This document shows positions 45,945 to 55,038 of a DNA stretch of 64,000 bases, piece by piece. Source of the DNA: a virus; IMG/VR virus record IMGVR_UViG_3300047300_001121, positions 1 through 64,000 of that record; one strand, given 5' to 3'. A program made the position numbers and the translations under genes. The notes below the pieces were generated by a model. That model was not told the origin of the DNA. It ran no database searches and worked only from the letters and a program-made list of their open reading frames with translations. Each line of letters opens with the position of its first letter. The stretch's first letter is position 1.

Positions 45945-46622
45945 ATGTTCTACACGTACATTCACAAGACACAAGACCAGGGCCGCACGTTCTACGTCGG
46001 CAAGGGCAAGGGCGAGCGCGCCACATGGGCACACACTCGCGGCGCCCACTGGAACAGCGTTGTGAAAAAGCACGGCGGATTTGTGGCTGAGATCGTCGAC
46101 AGGTTCGACACAGAGGAAGAGGCCTTTGCCCACGAGCGATTCCTGATCACGAGCCTCCGCCTTTTCGGCGTTCGCCTGGTAAACAAGACCGATGGCGGCG
46201 ACGGAATGGCTGGCTTCAAACACTCGAAGGAGACGCGTCGCCGGCTGAGCGAGATCCAGAAGGGCAAGGTGATTCCAGAGGAAACGCGGCGGCGCATGAG
46301 TGTTGCGCGCTCTGGAGTACCCCGGCCTGACTTGCGCGTGAAGCGCGGTCCGTACCCAGAAGAGCGGCGGCAAAAGCTGCGCAAGCCAAAGTCCGAGCAA
46401 GGGCGTGCAAACATGAAGGCCGCTCGGGCCAATGTGCGCAAACCGGTATTCTGCAAAAGCACTGGGATGGAGTTCCAGAGCATTGCTGACGCAGCAGGCT
46501 GGCTGCGTAACAACGGATTCCCGAAGGCGTCAAAGTCCGCGATCACGGAGGTGTGCCAGGGAAAGAGGCCGCATGCGTATGGCATGCAATGGATTTACAC
46601 CAAAGAAAGGAACCACCAATGA
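45945..46622 (+). CDS. GIY-YIG homing endonuclease with NUMOD3/HTH tail
   Basis: FYTYIH...FYVGKG, LVNKTDGGDG, HSKETRRRLS. Confidence 0.88.
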   Translation: MFYTYIHKTQDQGRTFYVGKGKGERATWAHTRGAHWNSVVKKHGGFVAEIVDRFDTEEEAFAHERFLITSLRLFGVRLVNKTDGGDGMAGFKHSKETRRRLSEIQKGKVIPEETRRRMSVARSGVPRPDLRVKRGPYPEERRQKLRKPKSEQGRANMKAARANVRKPVFCKSTGMEFQSIADAAGWLRNNGFPKASKSAITEVCQGKRPHAYGMQWIYTKERNHQ

Positions 46623-46840
46623 ATGCACGTATGGCCAAGAGGCTCAGGAAGCTGGCCAAGCTTGAGATGTCGGCCAACGCGGAGACCACCGAGCGCGAGC
46701 TCGTGCTGGCGCGCGTCAGAGGGCATGACCGTGTCGTGAATGAGCCGCTGTCGGTGCGCGCCTTCTACCTGCAACTGAAGGACGCGTACAGCGACTTCTC
46801 GCGCGGTGTCAGAAAAACGCAACAGAATCCAGCCGAGTAA
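46619..46840 (+). CDS. Hypothetical protein
   Basis: MNARMAKRLRK. Confidence 0.65.
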   Translation: MNARMAKRLRKLAKLEMSANAETTERELVLARVRGHDRVVNEPLSVRAFYLQLKDAYSDFSRGVRKTQQNPAE

Positions 46841-46885
46841 AGATTTTTCCTCCGCCGCCAACAAAATGTTGCAATAATCAACATC

Positions 46886-47092
46886 ATGGACACGAAGCAG
46901 CAAATCGAACACTACCGCTCGCGCATCAAGGAGATGCTGCGACGCGTTCCACCGAGTGTGAATGGCGGGTCGTATGACCACGCCGTTGCATACAAAAAGG
47001 TTGCAGCCAAAGCCGGGAAGGCCGCCGATGCAAGCAACCCGAAGCTGGCGCTTCTCATCGAGATGCACAACCAGTTGTCACAGTACTACTGA
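46886..47092 (+). CDS. Hypothetical protein, possibly leaderless
   Basis: AATAAT 7 nt before ATG, no SD; perfect operator at 46859-46871. Confidence 0.6.
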   Translation: MDTKQQIEHYRSRIKEMLRRVPPSVNGGSYDHAVAYKKVAAKAGKAADASNPKLALLIEMHNQLSQYY

Positions 47093-47109
47093 AGAAAGAC
47101 CCATACGAA

Positions 47110-47622
47110 ATGTCATCCGTCAACAAAGCAATCATTCTCGGCCGTGCTGGCCGTGACACCGAAGTCCGCTACCTGCAAAGCGGCGCGGCCGTCGCCAACG
47201 TGAGCCTGGCGACGTCGACCAAACGCAAAGACAAGAACACCGGCGAAGTCATCGAGGACACTCAATGGCACCGCATCACCTTTTACGAGCGTCTCGCCGA
47301 GATCGCCGGCGAGTACATCCGCAAGGGCAGCCTGGTCTACGTCGAGGGCACCATCAAGTACGGCAAGTACACCGACAAAGACGGCGTCGAGCGCCCGACC
47401 ACCGACATCATCGCGAACAGCTTGCAGCTTCTGACCAGGCCTGACCAACAGCAAGGCGGCGGCCAAGACAATGCGCCGCGTCAGCAGTCCGGCAACCAGC
47501 GCCAGCAAGCCCCGCAGCAGCGCAGCCAGGGCAATGCGCCTCGCCAGCAGCAAGGCGGACAGCAGCGCGGAAACGGCAGCGGATCCGGCTTCGAGGACAT
47601 GGACGACGACATCCCGTTCTGA
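47110..47622 (+). CDS. ssb: Single-stranded DNA-binding protein
   Basis: SVNKAIILG..GRD.EVRY, TQWHRI, C-terminal DDDIPF. Confidence 0.96.
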   Translation: MSSVNKAIILGRAGRDTEVRYLQSGAAVANVSLATSTKRKDKNTGEVIEDTQWHRITFYERLAEIAGEYIRKGSLVYVEGTIKYGKYTDKDGVERPTTDIIANSLQLLTRPDQQQGGGQDNAPRQQSGNQRQQAPQQRSQGNAPRQQQGGQQRGNGSGSGFEDMDDDIPF

Positions 47623-47712
47623 CGATTTTCGGGGGAACGCCAGTACCGAAGTGTCGACCAGTAGAGAAGACAAGTACCCCACCCATTACCCAACCAACCG
47701 AAAGGAAACCCT

Positions 47713-48072
47713 GTGAGCGCAGCAATCATCCCAACCCCCGGACGCATCGTTTGGTATCGACCGGCTCCCAACGACAATATCCCGGCGCTTGCTGACCAGC
47801 CTTTGGCCGCAATCGTTGCTGCCGTGCATTCGGACACGCGAATCAATGTGAGCGTGATCGATGCATACGGCCACCATCACAGCCGTCAGAACGTGTTCCT
47901 GGCGCACCCCGACAACGAGCTACCATCCACCGGCGCCTTTGCCGAGTGGATGCCCTATCAAAAGGGCCAGGCCGCCAAGACTGAGGCCGCCGAGGCTGCG
48001 CTGACCGCGCAAGCCGAATCGACCTCGGTGGGCGACTCCACCGAGAACACTCAGGAGCCTGCAGCCCAGTAA
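47713..48072 (+). CDS. Hypothetical protein
   Basis: PTPGRIVWY...AAIV...WMPYQKGQ. Confidence 0.75.
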   Translation: MSAAIIPTPGRIVWYRPAPNDNIPALADQPLAAIVAAVHSDTRINVSVIDAYGHHHSRQNVFLAHPDNELPSTGAFAEWMPYQKGQAAKTEAAEAALTAQAESTSVGDSTENTQEPAAQ

Positions 48073-48079
48073 GCAATAC

Positions 48080-48149
48080 GGCCGAAAGCGGATGCTGGTG
48101 TCCCGGATGCGGGATCAGCGGACACGCCACCAGACGCAGCGAGTAGGCC
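48080..48149 (+). ncRNA. Candidate structured RNA with loop-E motif
   Basis: GGCC-GAA...AGTA-GGCC closing nested stems. Confidence 0.5.
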
Positions 48150-48165
48150 AAACGAAAGAAACACC

Positions 48166-48375
48166 ATGAGCAACACCAAACCCGCCACCCAGCGCAAGAC
48201 ACGCAAACTCGTGACGCTGAACCCCACCAAGAAGACGTCGTTTGCAATCGGCGTGTCTGCCGACAACTATCACTTCGTGACCAAGCTGGCCGAGGCGAAC
48301 AACAGCAATCGCCAAGCGATGTTGGACAAGATCGTGGACCACTACGCGGCAAGCGTTCTGCGCAACGTCGCCTGA
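48166..48375 (+). CDS. Small RHH-like DNA-binding protein
   Basis: Beta strand plus two helices. Confidence 0.5.
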   Translation: MSNTKPATQRKTRKLVTLNPTKKTSFAIGVSADNYHFVTKLAEANNSNRQAMLDKIVDHYAASVLRNVA

Positions 48376-48382
48376 GTCAAGC

Positions 48383-49285
48383 ATGAAACTCATCAAGAAC
48401 GCATTGGTGTACAAGGCCGAGCTCCCCGGAGCGTCGGCCCTGGAGAAGCACCTTGAGGAGCAGCTCTTCACCGAGCCTCTCGAGCTGTCCGCCGGCTCGG
48501 TCGGATTTGTCAGCCGTAGCGGCGAGGGCTTGGTCGACGTCTTTCATGGCGGCCTGGCATTCACCGTGCGCATCGACGAGAAGATCATCCCGGCCGGAGC
48601 TGTGAAGACCGAGCTGGAGAAGCGCGTCAAGGCTTTGTGCGAAGAGACTGGCCGCGTCCGCATCGGCAAAAAGGAGCGCGCCGAGATCAAGGACATGATC
48701 ATTCTGAGCTTCCGCGCCAAAGCACTGGTCAAGAGCACTCAAGTGACGTGCTTCTACGACACCGACAAGCAGTACCTCATTGTTCCGGTCACGAGCCGTA
48801 CCACGGCGTCATTGATCGTCAACCTGCTCATCAGCGCCGTCGGCAGCGTGACGACGCAGACCATCCACGTCTCAGATGTCAAGCATGGGTTGACAACTCG
48901 CATGGATGCCTGGCTCAAAGACGACCCGCATGCTTTTGGCAACTTCTATCCGACCGCCGACGTGGCCCTGACTCACGGCAGCGAGAAGCTGACGGTGCAG
49001 ATGGAGAGTCTGTCCAACGCCAAGGCCGCGCTGGAGAAGGCGTTCGCAACCGGCTTCACCATCAAGTCGATGCGCCTGAGCTCAAGCGAAGACGTGAGCT
49101 TCCGCCTGACCTCTGATTTCGCCTTCAAGTCGATCAAGTTTCCGGTCGTGCCTGTCGAGGAAAACATCGAAGACGCGTGGCTGCACGAGGCCTCGGTCCA
49201 GGTGCTCAACATGTCGGCCATCATCAGCGAGCTGTGCGACATGATGGGCTACCAAGAGCCCGAGCAAGAAAAGGAAGCTGCATGA
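48383..49285 (+). CDS. rdgC: Recombination-associated protein RdgC
   Basis: KNALVY, GFV, EKIIPAGAVK, VSFRLTSDF.FKSIKF. Confidence 0.85.
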   Translation: MKLIKNALVYKAELPGASALEKHLEEQLFTEPLELSAGSVGFVSRSGEGLVDVFHGGLAFTVRIDEKIIPAGAVKTELEKRVKALCEETGRVRIGKKERAEIKDMIILSFRAKALVKSTQVTCFYDTDKQYLIVPVTSRTTASLIVNLLISAVGSVTTQTIHVSDVKHGLTTRMDAWLKDDPHAFGNFYPTADVALTHGSEKLTVQMESLSNAKAALEKAFATGFTIKSMRLSSSEDVSFRLTSDFAFKSIKFPVVPVEENIEDAWLHEASVQVLNMSAIISELCDMMGYQEPEQEKEAA

Positions 49286-49845
49286 CCAAGCCTCTGCTGA
49301 TCGGCCTGACGGGCTATGCCGGCAGTGGCAAGGACACCGTGCGGGAGGTCCTCGAGACCAAGCACGGCATCGACGGCCTGGCGTTCGCGGACCCCATCCG
49401 CGACATGCTCACGGCGTTGTTCGATACGTGCGGCGTTGATCCGAAGTGGATGACCGAGCGCGACCTCAAGGAGCGCGACATCCCGCAGATCGGCGCCAGC
49501 TACCGCAAGCTCGCTCAGCTTCTGGGCACCGAGTGGGGTCGCGCCATACACCCCGACTTCTGGCTCAAGATCGCGGCGGCGAAGATCGCCATGTACAACG
49601 ATTACGACAGCCCTGGGGCGGTGATCAGCGACGTGCGCTTTCCGAATGAGGCCGCCTGGATCAAAGAGCAGGGTGGTGTGATCTGGAAAATCATTCGCCC
49701 GGGTGTTGAGCCGGTGCGTGCGCATGCCAGCGAGGACATGATCGCGAGCCTGCCGTATGACTACATCATCGACAACCGCGGCACGATTCAGGATTTGCCG
49801 CACGCCGTTGCCATGGCGCTCAGCTACAGCGTGGAGCACGCATGA
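49282..49845 (+). CDS. Deoxynucleoside monophosphate kinase
   Basis: GLTGYAGSGKDT, FADPI, QLLGTEWGR, SDVRFPNE, HASE. Confidence 0.9.
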   Translation: MTKPLLIGLTGYAGSGKDTVREVLETKHGIDGLAFADPIRDMLTALFDTCGVDPKWMTERDLKERDIPQIGASYRKLAQLLGTEWGRAIHPDFWLKIAAAKIAMYNDYDSPGAVISDVRFPNEAAWIKEQGGVIWKIIRPGVEPVRAHASEDMIASLPYDYIIDNRGTIQDLPHAVAMALSYSVEHA

Positions 49846-50171
49846 ACACACTCACGCTCCTGGGCTTGGCTTCGTTCGTCTTCGTTGTGGTGTTCACGGC
49901 TCGCGCCTACCGCAACGACACGGGCGTGGGCCAGACGCCCAGGGGCGCGATTGTGGAGGCCTGGACGAACATCGTGATCGGCTTCAGTGTGAATCTGGTT
50001 GCCAACGTATTCCTGATCCCGCTGATGACCGACGGCGCCCACGTCACGCTTGAGAGCAATTGGTGGGGTGGCTGGGTGTACACGGCCATCTCGATCATCC
50101 GTCAATACGCCATACGCAGATGGAATAATCGGCTACAATATGTTGGCCTAACAACAAAAACTTCACCATGA
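49842..50171 (+). CDS. Small membrane protein
   Basis: EAWTNIVIGF...SIIRQYAIRRW. Confidence 0.7.
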   Translation: MNTLTLLGLASFVFVVVFTARAYRNDTGVGQTPRGAIVEAWTNIVIGFSVNLVANVFLIPLMTDGAHVTLESNWWGGWVYTAISIIRQYAIRRWNNRLQYVGLTTKTSP

Positions 50172-50635
50172 CACCATTCACCGAAAAATCCAATTTCCAA
50201 CGCACCGCGGACTGGCTTGCGGCGTGCGGCAAGGAGCCTGGCAACGAGCATCACCTTGCGACCCAGGTCGGCTGCCACCTCGAAGAGCTCTGCGAGTTCC
50301 TGGATGAGCTGATCATCACCGGCTCATCCGCCGACAACGACTCGCTGATGCTTGCGTCCACGCGGCTGAAGGGCCTGGCGCATCGCCTGAAGCAGGGCAG
50401 CACCGGCATTCGCATCAAGGACCGCGTCAACGCGCTGGACGCCTTGTGTGATAGCGAGGTGACCGGCAACGGCGTGGCATTCCTGGCTCGCATGAACAAA
50501 CTCGAGGGTGACCGCCGAGTGTTGTTCAGCAACGAGTCGAAGCTCAACGCCGACGGCACGGCCGTGATTCTGCCTGGCGGCAAGATCGGCAAGTCGGATC
50601 GATACGTCAAGCCGCACCTGGCGGATCTCGTATGA
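50168..50635 (+). CDS. MazG-like NTP pyrophosphohydrolase
   Basis: EELCE, DALCD, SNESK, GKIGK...Y.KP.L. Confidence 0.8.
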   Translation: MTPFTEKSNFQRTADWLAACGKEPGNEHHLATQVGCHLEELCEFLDELIITGSSADNDSLMLASTRLKGLAHRLKQGSTGIRIKDRVNALDALCDSEVTGNGVAFLARMNKLEGDRRVLFSNESKLNADGTAVILPGGKIGKSDRYVKPHLADLV

Positions 50636-50796
50636 GCGATACACCTGTTTTGCTGCCTGGCAGCACGAAAAACTCGAGACCTCTGAAGGAGTGCTCTCGC
50701 TGCGGTCAGAAGAAGGAGCCTGCAGGCGGAGTGGAGCTGAGCCCTGGGAAGTGGCGCTGCTCCGCGTGCTGGCGCGGTTTTCTATTCAGGAAGTGA
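50632..50796 (+). CDS. Small zinc-finger protein (54 aa)
   Basis: CSRC...GG...WRCSACW. Confidence 0.6.
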   Translation: MSDTPVLLPGSTKNSRPLKECSRCGQKKEPAGGVELSPGKWRCSACWRGFLFRK

Positions 50797-50800
50797 AGCC

Positions 50801-51037
50801 ATGACAACGAAACAACCAAAGCCTCCGGCGCTCAAGCCGGTCAAGTCCAGCAACGTCGAGGGCTACCACTACGACGACGCATCGCAGATGCTGCACGTCA
50901 AGTTCAAGAGCGGCAAGACGTACCAGTACGCCGGCGTACCGAAGGCAACGATGGATGCCCTGCTGAAGGCGGACTCGTTCGGTTCGCACATGTCCAAGCA
51001 CATCATTCCAAAATTCAAGGTTGCGGGGTCGTACTGA
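50801..51037 (+). CDS. KTSC domain protein
   Basis: VKSSNV..YHYD...L.VKFKSG.TYQY.GVP...A.S.G. Confidence 0.9.
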   Translation: MTTKQPKPPALKPVKSSNVEGYHYDDASQMLHVKFKSGKTYQYAGVPKATMDALLKADSFGSHMSKHIIPKFKVAGSY

Positions 51038-51267
51038 TGTTGTCGTTGCTGTTAACCATCTACGTCGTTTCGACGATCTGCATGCTGGCGTCTCTTGTCG
51101 GCGTATTTCGTCGCGAGAACTACCTCACGCTGAGAGATGCCGCTGGCGTGGCGTTCTTTGTGATCATCCCGGTAGCCAACACGATCATGACCTGCATCGT
51201 GGCGTGGCACCTGATACAAGACTGGCTCGATTGGGCTGACGGCATTGTTGTTTGGAGACGGAAATGA
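51037..51267 (+). CDS. Small membrane protein
   Basis: Two TM helices. Confidence 0.6.
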   Translation: MLSLLLTIYVVSTICMLASLVGVFRRENYLTLRDAAGVAFFVIIPVANTIMTCIVAWHLIQDWLDWADGIVVWRRK

Positions 51268-51629
51268 ATGAAAACATCGTCAAAGAACAACTGAACAACC
51301 TCTCTGAAAACGTCGAAGAAATCATGTCGTCGACGCGCGGCGTGAAGGGCCCTGAATTCGCTCTCCTGGTCAGCTTGACGTTCGAGTCCATGCAGCTCAT
51401 GGAGCTGGTTGGCAAGATCACGTCATGCGCAGAGGAGGAGTACCGGGGTTACGCCGAGGCCCTGCTTGGTTCGACCGTCAACATCATGAGCAGCATGATG
51501 GTCAAGCTCTTTGAGGGCTACACAGACGAACAGATCAAAGAGGCTGGCGACATCGCGAAGATGCTCATTGCACGACGAGCGGATGCTGTGGCCGCGATCA
51601 AGAAGGGGATGGAAAATGAACGTGATTGA
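51264..51629 (+). CDS. Hypothetical protein
   Basis: Coupled ORF. Confidence 0.65.
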   Translation: MNENIVKEQLNNLSENVEEIMSSTRGVKGPEFALLVSLTFESMQLMELVGKITSCAEEEYRGYAEALLGSTVNIMSSMMVKLFEGYTDEQIKEAGDIAKMLIARRADAVAAIKKGMENERD

Positions 51630-52167
51630 AAAGCTGATCATCGATCATGGCGGCACGGTCGAGGAGGTCGGCAACCTCCCTGATGGCTCCGCATTCCTGG
51701 TCGCGTCATACCCGTTGCCACAAGATCACTGGCAGACGGCGCAGCACTTCAACATCCCGCCGATGCCTCTGCAGATGGGTGCATGGGATGTTCGCCGTCA
51801 GCGCCTGGCCATGGCTGTGGAGGCTGCCGGCAAGTACGCCGTGCGCACGGCAACTGACAACGGTCGCGTCGCCGACTTCGACCCGGACGCGCTGCTGCAG
51901 AATCTGCAGGTCGCATTCTTCGGTTATCACACCGAAGACGGACTGAGCATTGATGAGTGGTCCAACCCGGAGCACCCAGGCGAGTTCATCGACATGCTGG
52001 GCGAGCAGGATCCAAATGCTGCCTGGATGAGCCTGGCGCACGTCATTTGCTACGAGGCCGGTATCCCGTCTGGACCGATCGGTGAGCGCCTGGCCATCCT
52101 GCGCGACATGCTGCAGATGCTGCGCCATGGGCCCGATGATGCGGCACTGAAGGGTGATCTCGAGTGA
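51616..52167 (+). CDS. Hypothetical protein
   Basis: LPDGS.F...PLP.DHW...DFDPDAL.QN. Confidence 0.7.
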   Translation: MNVIEKLIIDHGGTVEEVGNLPDGSAFLVASYPLPQDHWQTAQHFNIPPMPLQMGAWDVRRQRLAMAVEAAGKYAVRTATDNGRVADFDPDALLQNLQVAFFGYHTEDGLSIDEWSNPEHPGEFIDMLGEQDPNAAWMSLAHVICYEAGIPSGPIGERLAILRDMLQMLRHGPDDAALKGDLE

Positions 52168-52427
52168 TCTACAACGTCGCTCAGGTAGCCGAGCTCCTCG
52201 GCTGCACCGAAGAAATCGTGGCCGAGCGCATCAACAACGGCGACCTGCCGGGCGTGAAGTTCGGCCGCAGCTGGGTCATCCCGGCTGATGCGCTGCGTGA
52301 GCGCCTGAATCAGAAAGCGCTGGAGGAGGCGCGTGATCGGCGTGAGCCCAAGCGCATTTTGCGCAAGCGAAAGAAGCCGCCAGAACTGCCGCCTGGTCCG
52401 GGCTTCACCGGCATGGCTGGCTTTTAA
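52164..52427 (+). CDS. xis: Excisionase (HTH_17-like)
   Basis: QVAELLG...GDLPGVKFGRSWVIP, convergent with the integrase. Confidence 0.8.
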   Translation: MIYNVAQVAELLGCTEEIVAERINNGDLPGVKFGRSWVIPADALRERLNQKALEEARDRREPKRILRKRKKPPELPPGPGFTGMAGF

Positions 52428-53563
52428 TCCAGGCGCCCAGCAAGATCATCAGCCCTGAATGAGGCGTAGCGCTTGGCCATCGAGCTGCCCGGCGCCCAGC
52501 CCATGATCTTCTCGATCTCGGCCTCTCGGAACAGCCAGTTCCCGCGCTTGTCGCGCATCTCGTACCACCGGCACGTCGCCTCGTGACGCAGGTCGTGCTC
52601 AGTGAGGTCTTCGCAACCAGCATAACCAAAGAGCAACCCGAACCGACGAGAGAGGCGCGTGGTGACCGTGTCGAGTGTTTCGGGGTCTTGGTCCCACCAC
52701 GGAAAAATAAGCGCGCCTGGCTTTGATTTGGCTGCTCGCCGGGCCATCATCGGGCGGATCTCTTTGACCATGGGCACATCGCGCCAGGCCTCACGGCCAT
52801 GCCACTGCTTTGAGCTCTTCACGCGCAACGAGCGCTCGCCCAGCCATTCGCTCTGTATCGTGTAAGCCTCGCGCAAGCGCAGGCCGGTGTGCAGGATCAG
52901 CAGGAAGAGGTCGCGCAGATCCTCGTCGGGCTCGAGTGCGCGCTGTCGGTCAGGACGTTTCTTGCCGGCCAGGGCGTCCATGATTTGCTCGAGCTCGCCC
53001 TTGCGCAGCCGGCGGTCACGCACCTTGTCTGATCTCGCGCGCTTGCCGAGCTTCTTTGCATCGGCTGCATCCTTGGCGCTGTAGCTGGCCGATCCGCGCG
53101 GCAGTGAGCGCAGCGGATTGCCAACCAGCAGATCGGGTGTCTTGCGCAGCTCCCAGTCAATGCAGCGGGCGAGGGCGCCGATGCGCTTACGGATCGTGCC
53201 TGGCGCCAGGTTGGCCTTGAGCTTCATGTCGCGCACCCATTGCTCGCACCATGCATACGTGAGGCCGGACATCTTGAGCGAGCCGATCTCACCGGTGAGC
53301 ACGTTCAGGATTTCGTCGTCCGCGGTCGAGAGCTGGCCATGTGCTTGCCACGCACGGATCACCGAGTGCAGTGTTTGCGTTGGCGCCTTCTTTTCATCGA
53401 CCAGTCCAGCAGGAACGACGCCGGAGTCGAGCAGCTCGCGCGCTTGTGTGCCGTACGCGTTGGCTGCGTCTTCGTTGTTGAAGGTGAGGTACACCGGCTT
53501 GGGCAGCAGCCGATGTGTGATGCGCAGCTCAAAGTTGCCGCTCGGTGTTTGCCGCACTCCCAT
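52424..53563 (-). CDS. int: Tyrosine integrase
   Basis: TGLRLRE (catalytic R), HDLRH, MGW, KRY (catalytic Y). Confidence 0.92.
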   Translation of the reverse strand: MGVRQTPSGNFELRITHRLLPKPVYLTFNNEDAANAYGTQARELLDSGVVPAGLVDEKKAPTQTLHSVIRAWQAHGQLSTADDEILNVLTGEIGSLKMSGLTYAWCEQWVRDMKLKANLAPGTIRKRIGALARCIDWELRKTPDLLVGNPLRSLPRGSASYSAKDAADAKKLGKRARSDKVRDRRLRKGELEQIMDALAGKKRPDRQRALEPDEDLRDLFLLILHTGLRLREAYTIQSEWLGERSLRVKSSKQWHGREAWRDVPMVKEIRPMMARRAAKSKPGALIFPWWDQDPETLDTVTTRLSRRFGLLFGYAGCEDLTEHDLRHEATCRWYEMRDKRGNWLFREAEIEKIMGWAPGSSMAKRYASFRADDLAGRLD

Positions 53564-53571
53564 GTCCGCCT

Positions 53572-53777
53572 CGTGTGGTCGACGTGTGGTGCGTTTAGCT
53601 TACGCCGTCAGCGGAAAGAAGGGAAGTTTACGTGTGGTTCAACCACAAAAACGTGTGGTTTTTGGGTCGAAATGAGGCCATCGCGAATCGCCCTGCCGCG
53701 TGGGTTCAATCATAACACATTGATTTTGTGTAGATCTGTGGTACAATCGAATTAAACGATACGGCTTTGCAGGCCGT
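53572..53777. other. Putative attP: arm repeats plus tRNA-Cys anticodon-arm core
   Basis: CGTGTGGT at 53572, 53583, 53631, 53652; ACGGC-CTGCAAA-GCCGT (minus strand) at 53761-53777. Confidence 0.6.
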
Positions 53778-53834
53778 TTCAACCCTTACGCGCCAGGGAC
53801 TTGCAGAAGAACCGCTCGTCGAGCAGGAGGATTG

Positions 53835-53905
53835 AGCTCGAGAGCGGAATCGAACCGCTGTCCCAGGTTTTGCAGACCTGTGCCTAACCACTCGGCCACT
53901 CGAGC
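53835..53905 (-). tRNA. tRNA-Cys(GCA), CCA not encoded
   Basis: GCTCGAG acceptor, GCCG-AGTGGTT-AGGC D arm, CAGGT-CTGCAAA-ACCTG, AGCGG-TTCGATT-CCGCT, U73 discriminator. Confidence 0.92.
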
Positions 53906-53919
53906 AAGGACCTTAAATA

Positions 53920-54639
53920 ATGACACAACCATTTCAACTCAGCAATGAAGAGCTTGGCCGAGCCATGGTGGCTTTTGCCAATAACGCAGTTCGATCCGGC
54001 GACGGCGACTGCTGGAGCTGGTCCGGCACAAAGGACAGGGGAGGATACGGACGCATCAGCGTCAACGGCGACAAGAAGATCGGGGCGCATCGGTTTTCGT
54101 TTTGGTTGCACGGCAATGGTGATCCAGGTGAACTGTTCGTCTGCCACGACTGCGACAACCCGGAATGCACGAACCCGTCGCACCTGTTCCTGGGCACCCC
54201 AAAGGACAATAGCCAAGACTGCGTCGTCAAAGGTCGGGCAGCAGACGTTCGAGCAGAGCAGAACCCAAGGGCCCTGATCGACAATCAACTGGCGATCCGA
54301 GTGTCAGAGGAGGTTGAGTCAGGCAAGACAAACCGACAGATCGCACAAGAGCTCGGCATCGGCGAAGAGCTGGTGAGCCGAATCAAGACCGGCAGATCGT
54401 GGGCATCTGCGACCGGCAGGACTCGCGTTTACCGGGCTCCAGCTCAGAAGATTGAGCGACCATTAAGGCGCCCTCGAGTTGGTTCGCAGAACGCGTCATC
54501 GAAGCTGACGGAGGATGACGTCAGGGAGATCAGGTCGTCTGCCGGATCCTCATACGAAATAGCCAAGAAATACGGAGTGTCCGCCGTTACGATTCAGTTG
54601 ATACGCAAGCGCGCGACCTGGGCGCACGTTGCGGACTGA
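53920..54639 (+). CDS. HNH homing endonuclease with two HTH domains
   Basis: CWSWSG..GGYG..AHR..VCHDCDNPECTNPSHLFLGT..DN. Confidence 0.9.
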   Translation: MTQPFQLSNEELGRAMVAFANNAVRSGDGDCWSWSGTKDRGGYGRISVNGDKKIGAHRFSFWLHGNGDPGELFVCHDCDNPECTNPSHLFLGTPKDNSQDCVVKGRAADVRAEQNPRALIDNQLAIRVSEEVESGKTNRQIAQELGIGEELVSRIKTGRSWASATGRTRVYRAPAQKIERPLRRPRVGSQNASSKLTEDDVREIRSSAGSSYEIAKKYGVSAVTIQLIRKRATWAHVAD

Positions 54640-54729
54640 CCTGTTGCTGCACCGCCACACGGTGCGGAAATTCAGCAGAACATGCCGATGCGGTTTCCTA
54701 TAATCGTTGGCATACGAAAGGAAATCGCG

Positions 54730-55038
54730 ATGCACGAACAACCCCCAATTTTCTACCCGGAGCACAGCGCCCGCCAGCTCGGCCAGTTCTACGTTGATCA
54801 CGTCATGGCCATGACGCGCGAGAAGCTGCACGAGAAATCAGACATCGCCATTCAGCTTGCTTGGCGCGATGCCGAGCTGCGCCGGCTGCGCGAAGCCAAT
54901 TTGGAGCTACTGGATTCGCTGAAGCATGCCCGTTGGCGCATTGCCAATCTTGTTGGTCCAGAGGGCGCGCAGGGGATTGATCGCACCGTCATTGACAAGA
55001 TTGACTCCGCCGTCTCCAAGCATGGGGGTGCAGTATGA
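54730..55038 (+). CDS. Hypothetical protein
   Basis: HVMAMTREKLHEKSDIA.QLAWRD; AAGGA RBS. Confidence 0.7.
   Translation: MHEQPPIFYPEHSARQLGQFYVDHVMAMTREKLHEKSDIAIQLAWRDAELRRLREANLELLDSLKHARWRIANLVGPEGAQGIDRTVIDKIDSAVSKHGGAV

Noticed and set aside
53560-53920. Prophage boundary (attL/attR) at the tRNA-Cys
   Set aside because: Phage genes continue on both sides, consistent with intact attP rather than a host junction
54654-54662. Inverted CGTGTGG copy as a distal integrase arm site beyond the HNH gene
   Set aside because: Single 7-bp match about 900 bp from the core; could easily be chance
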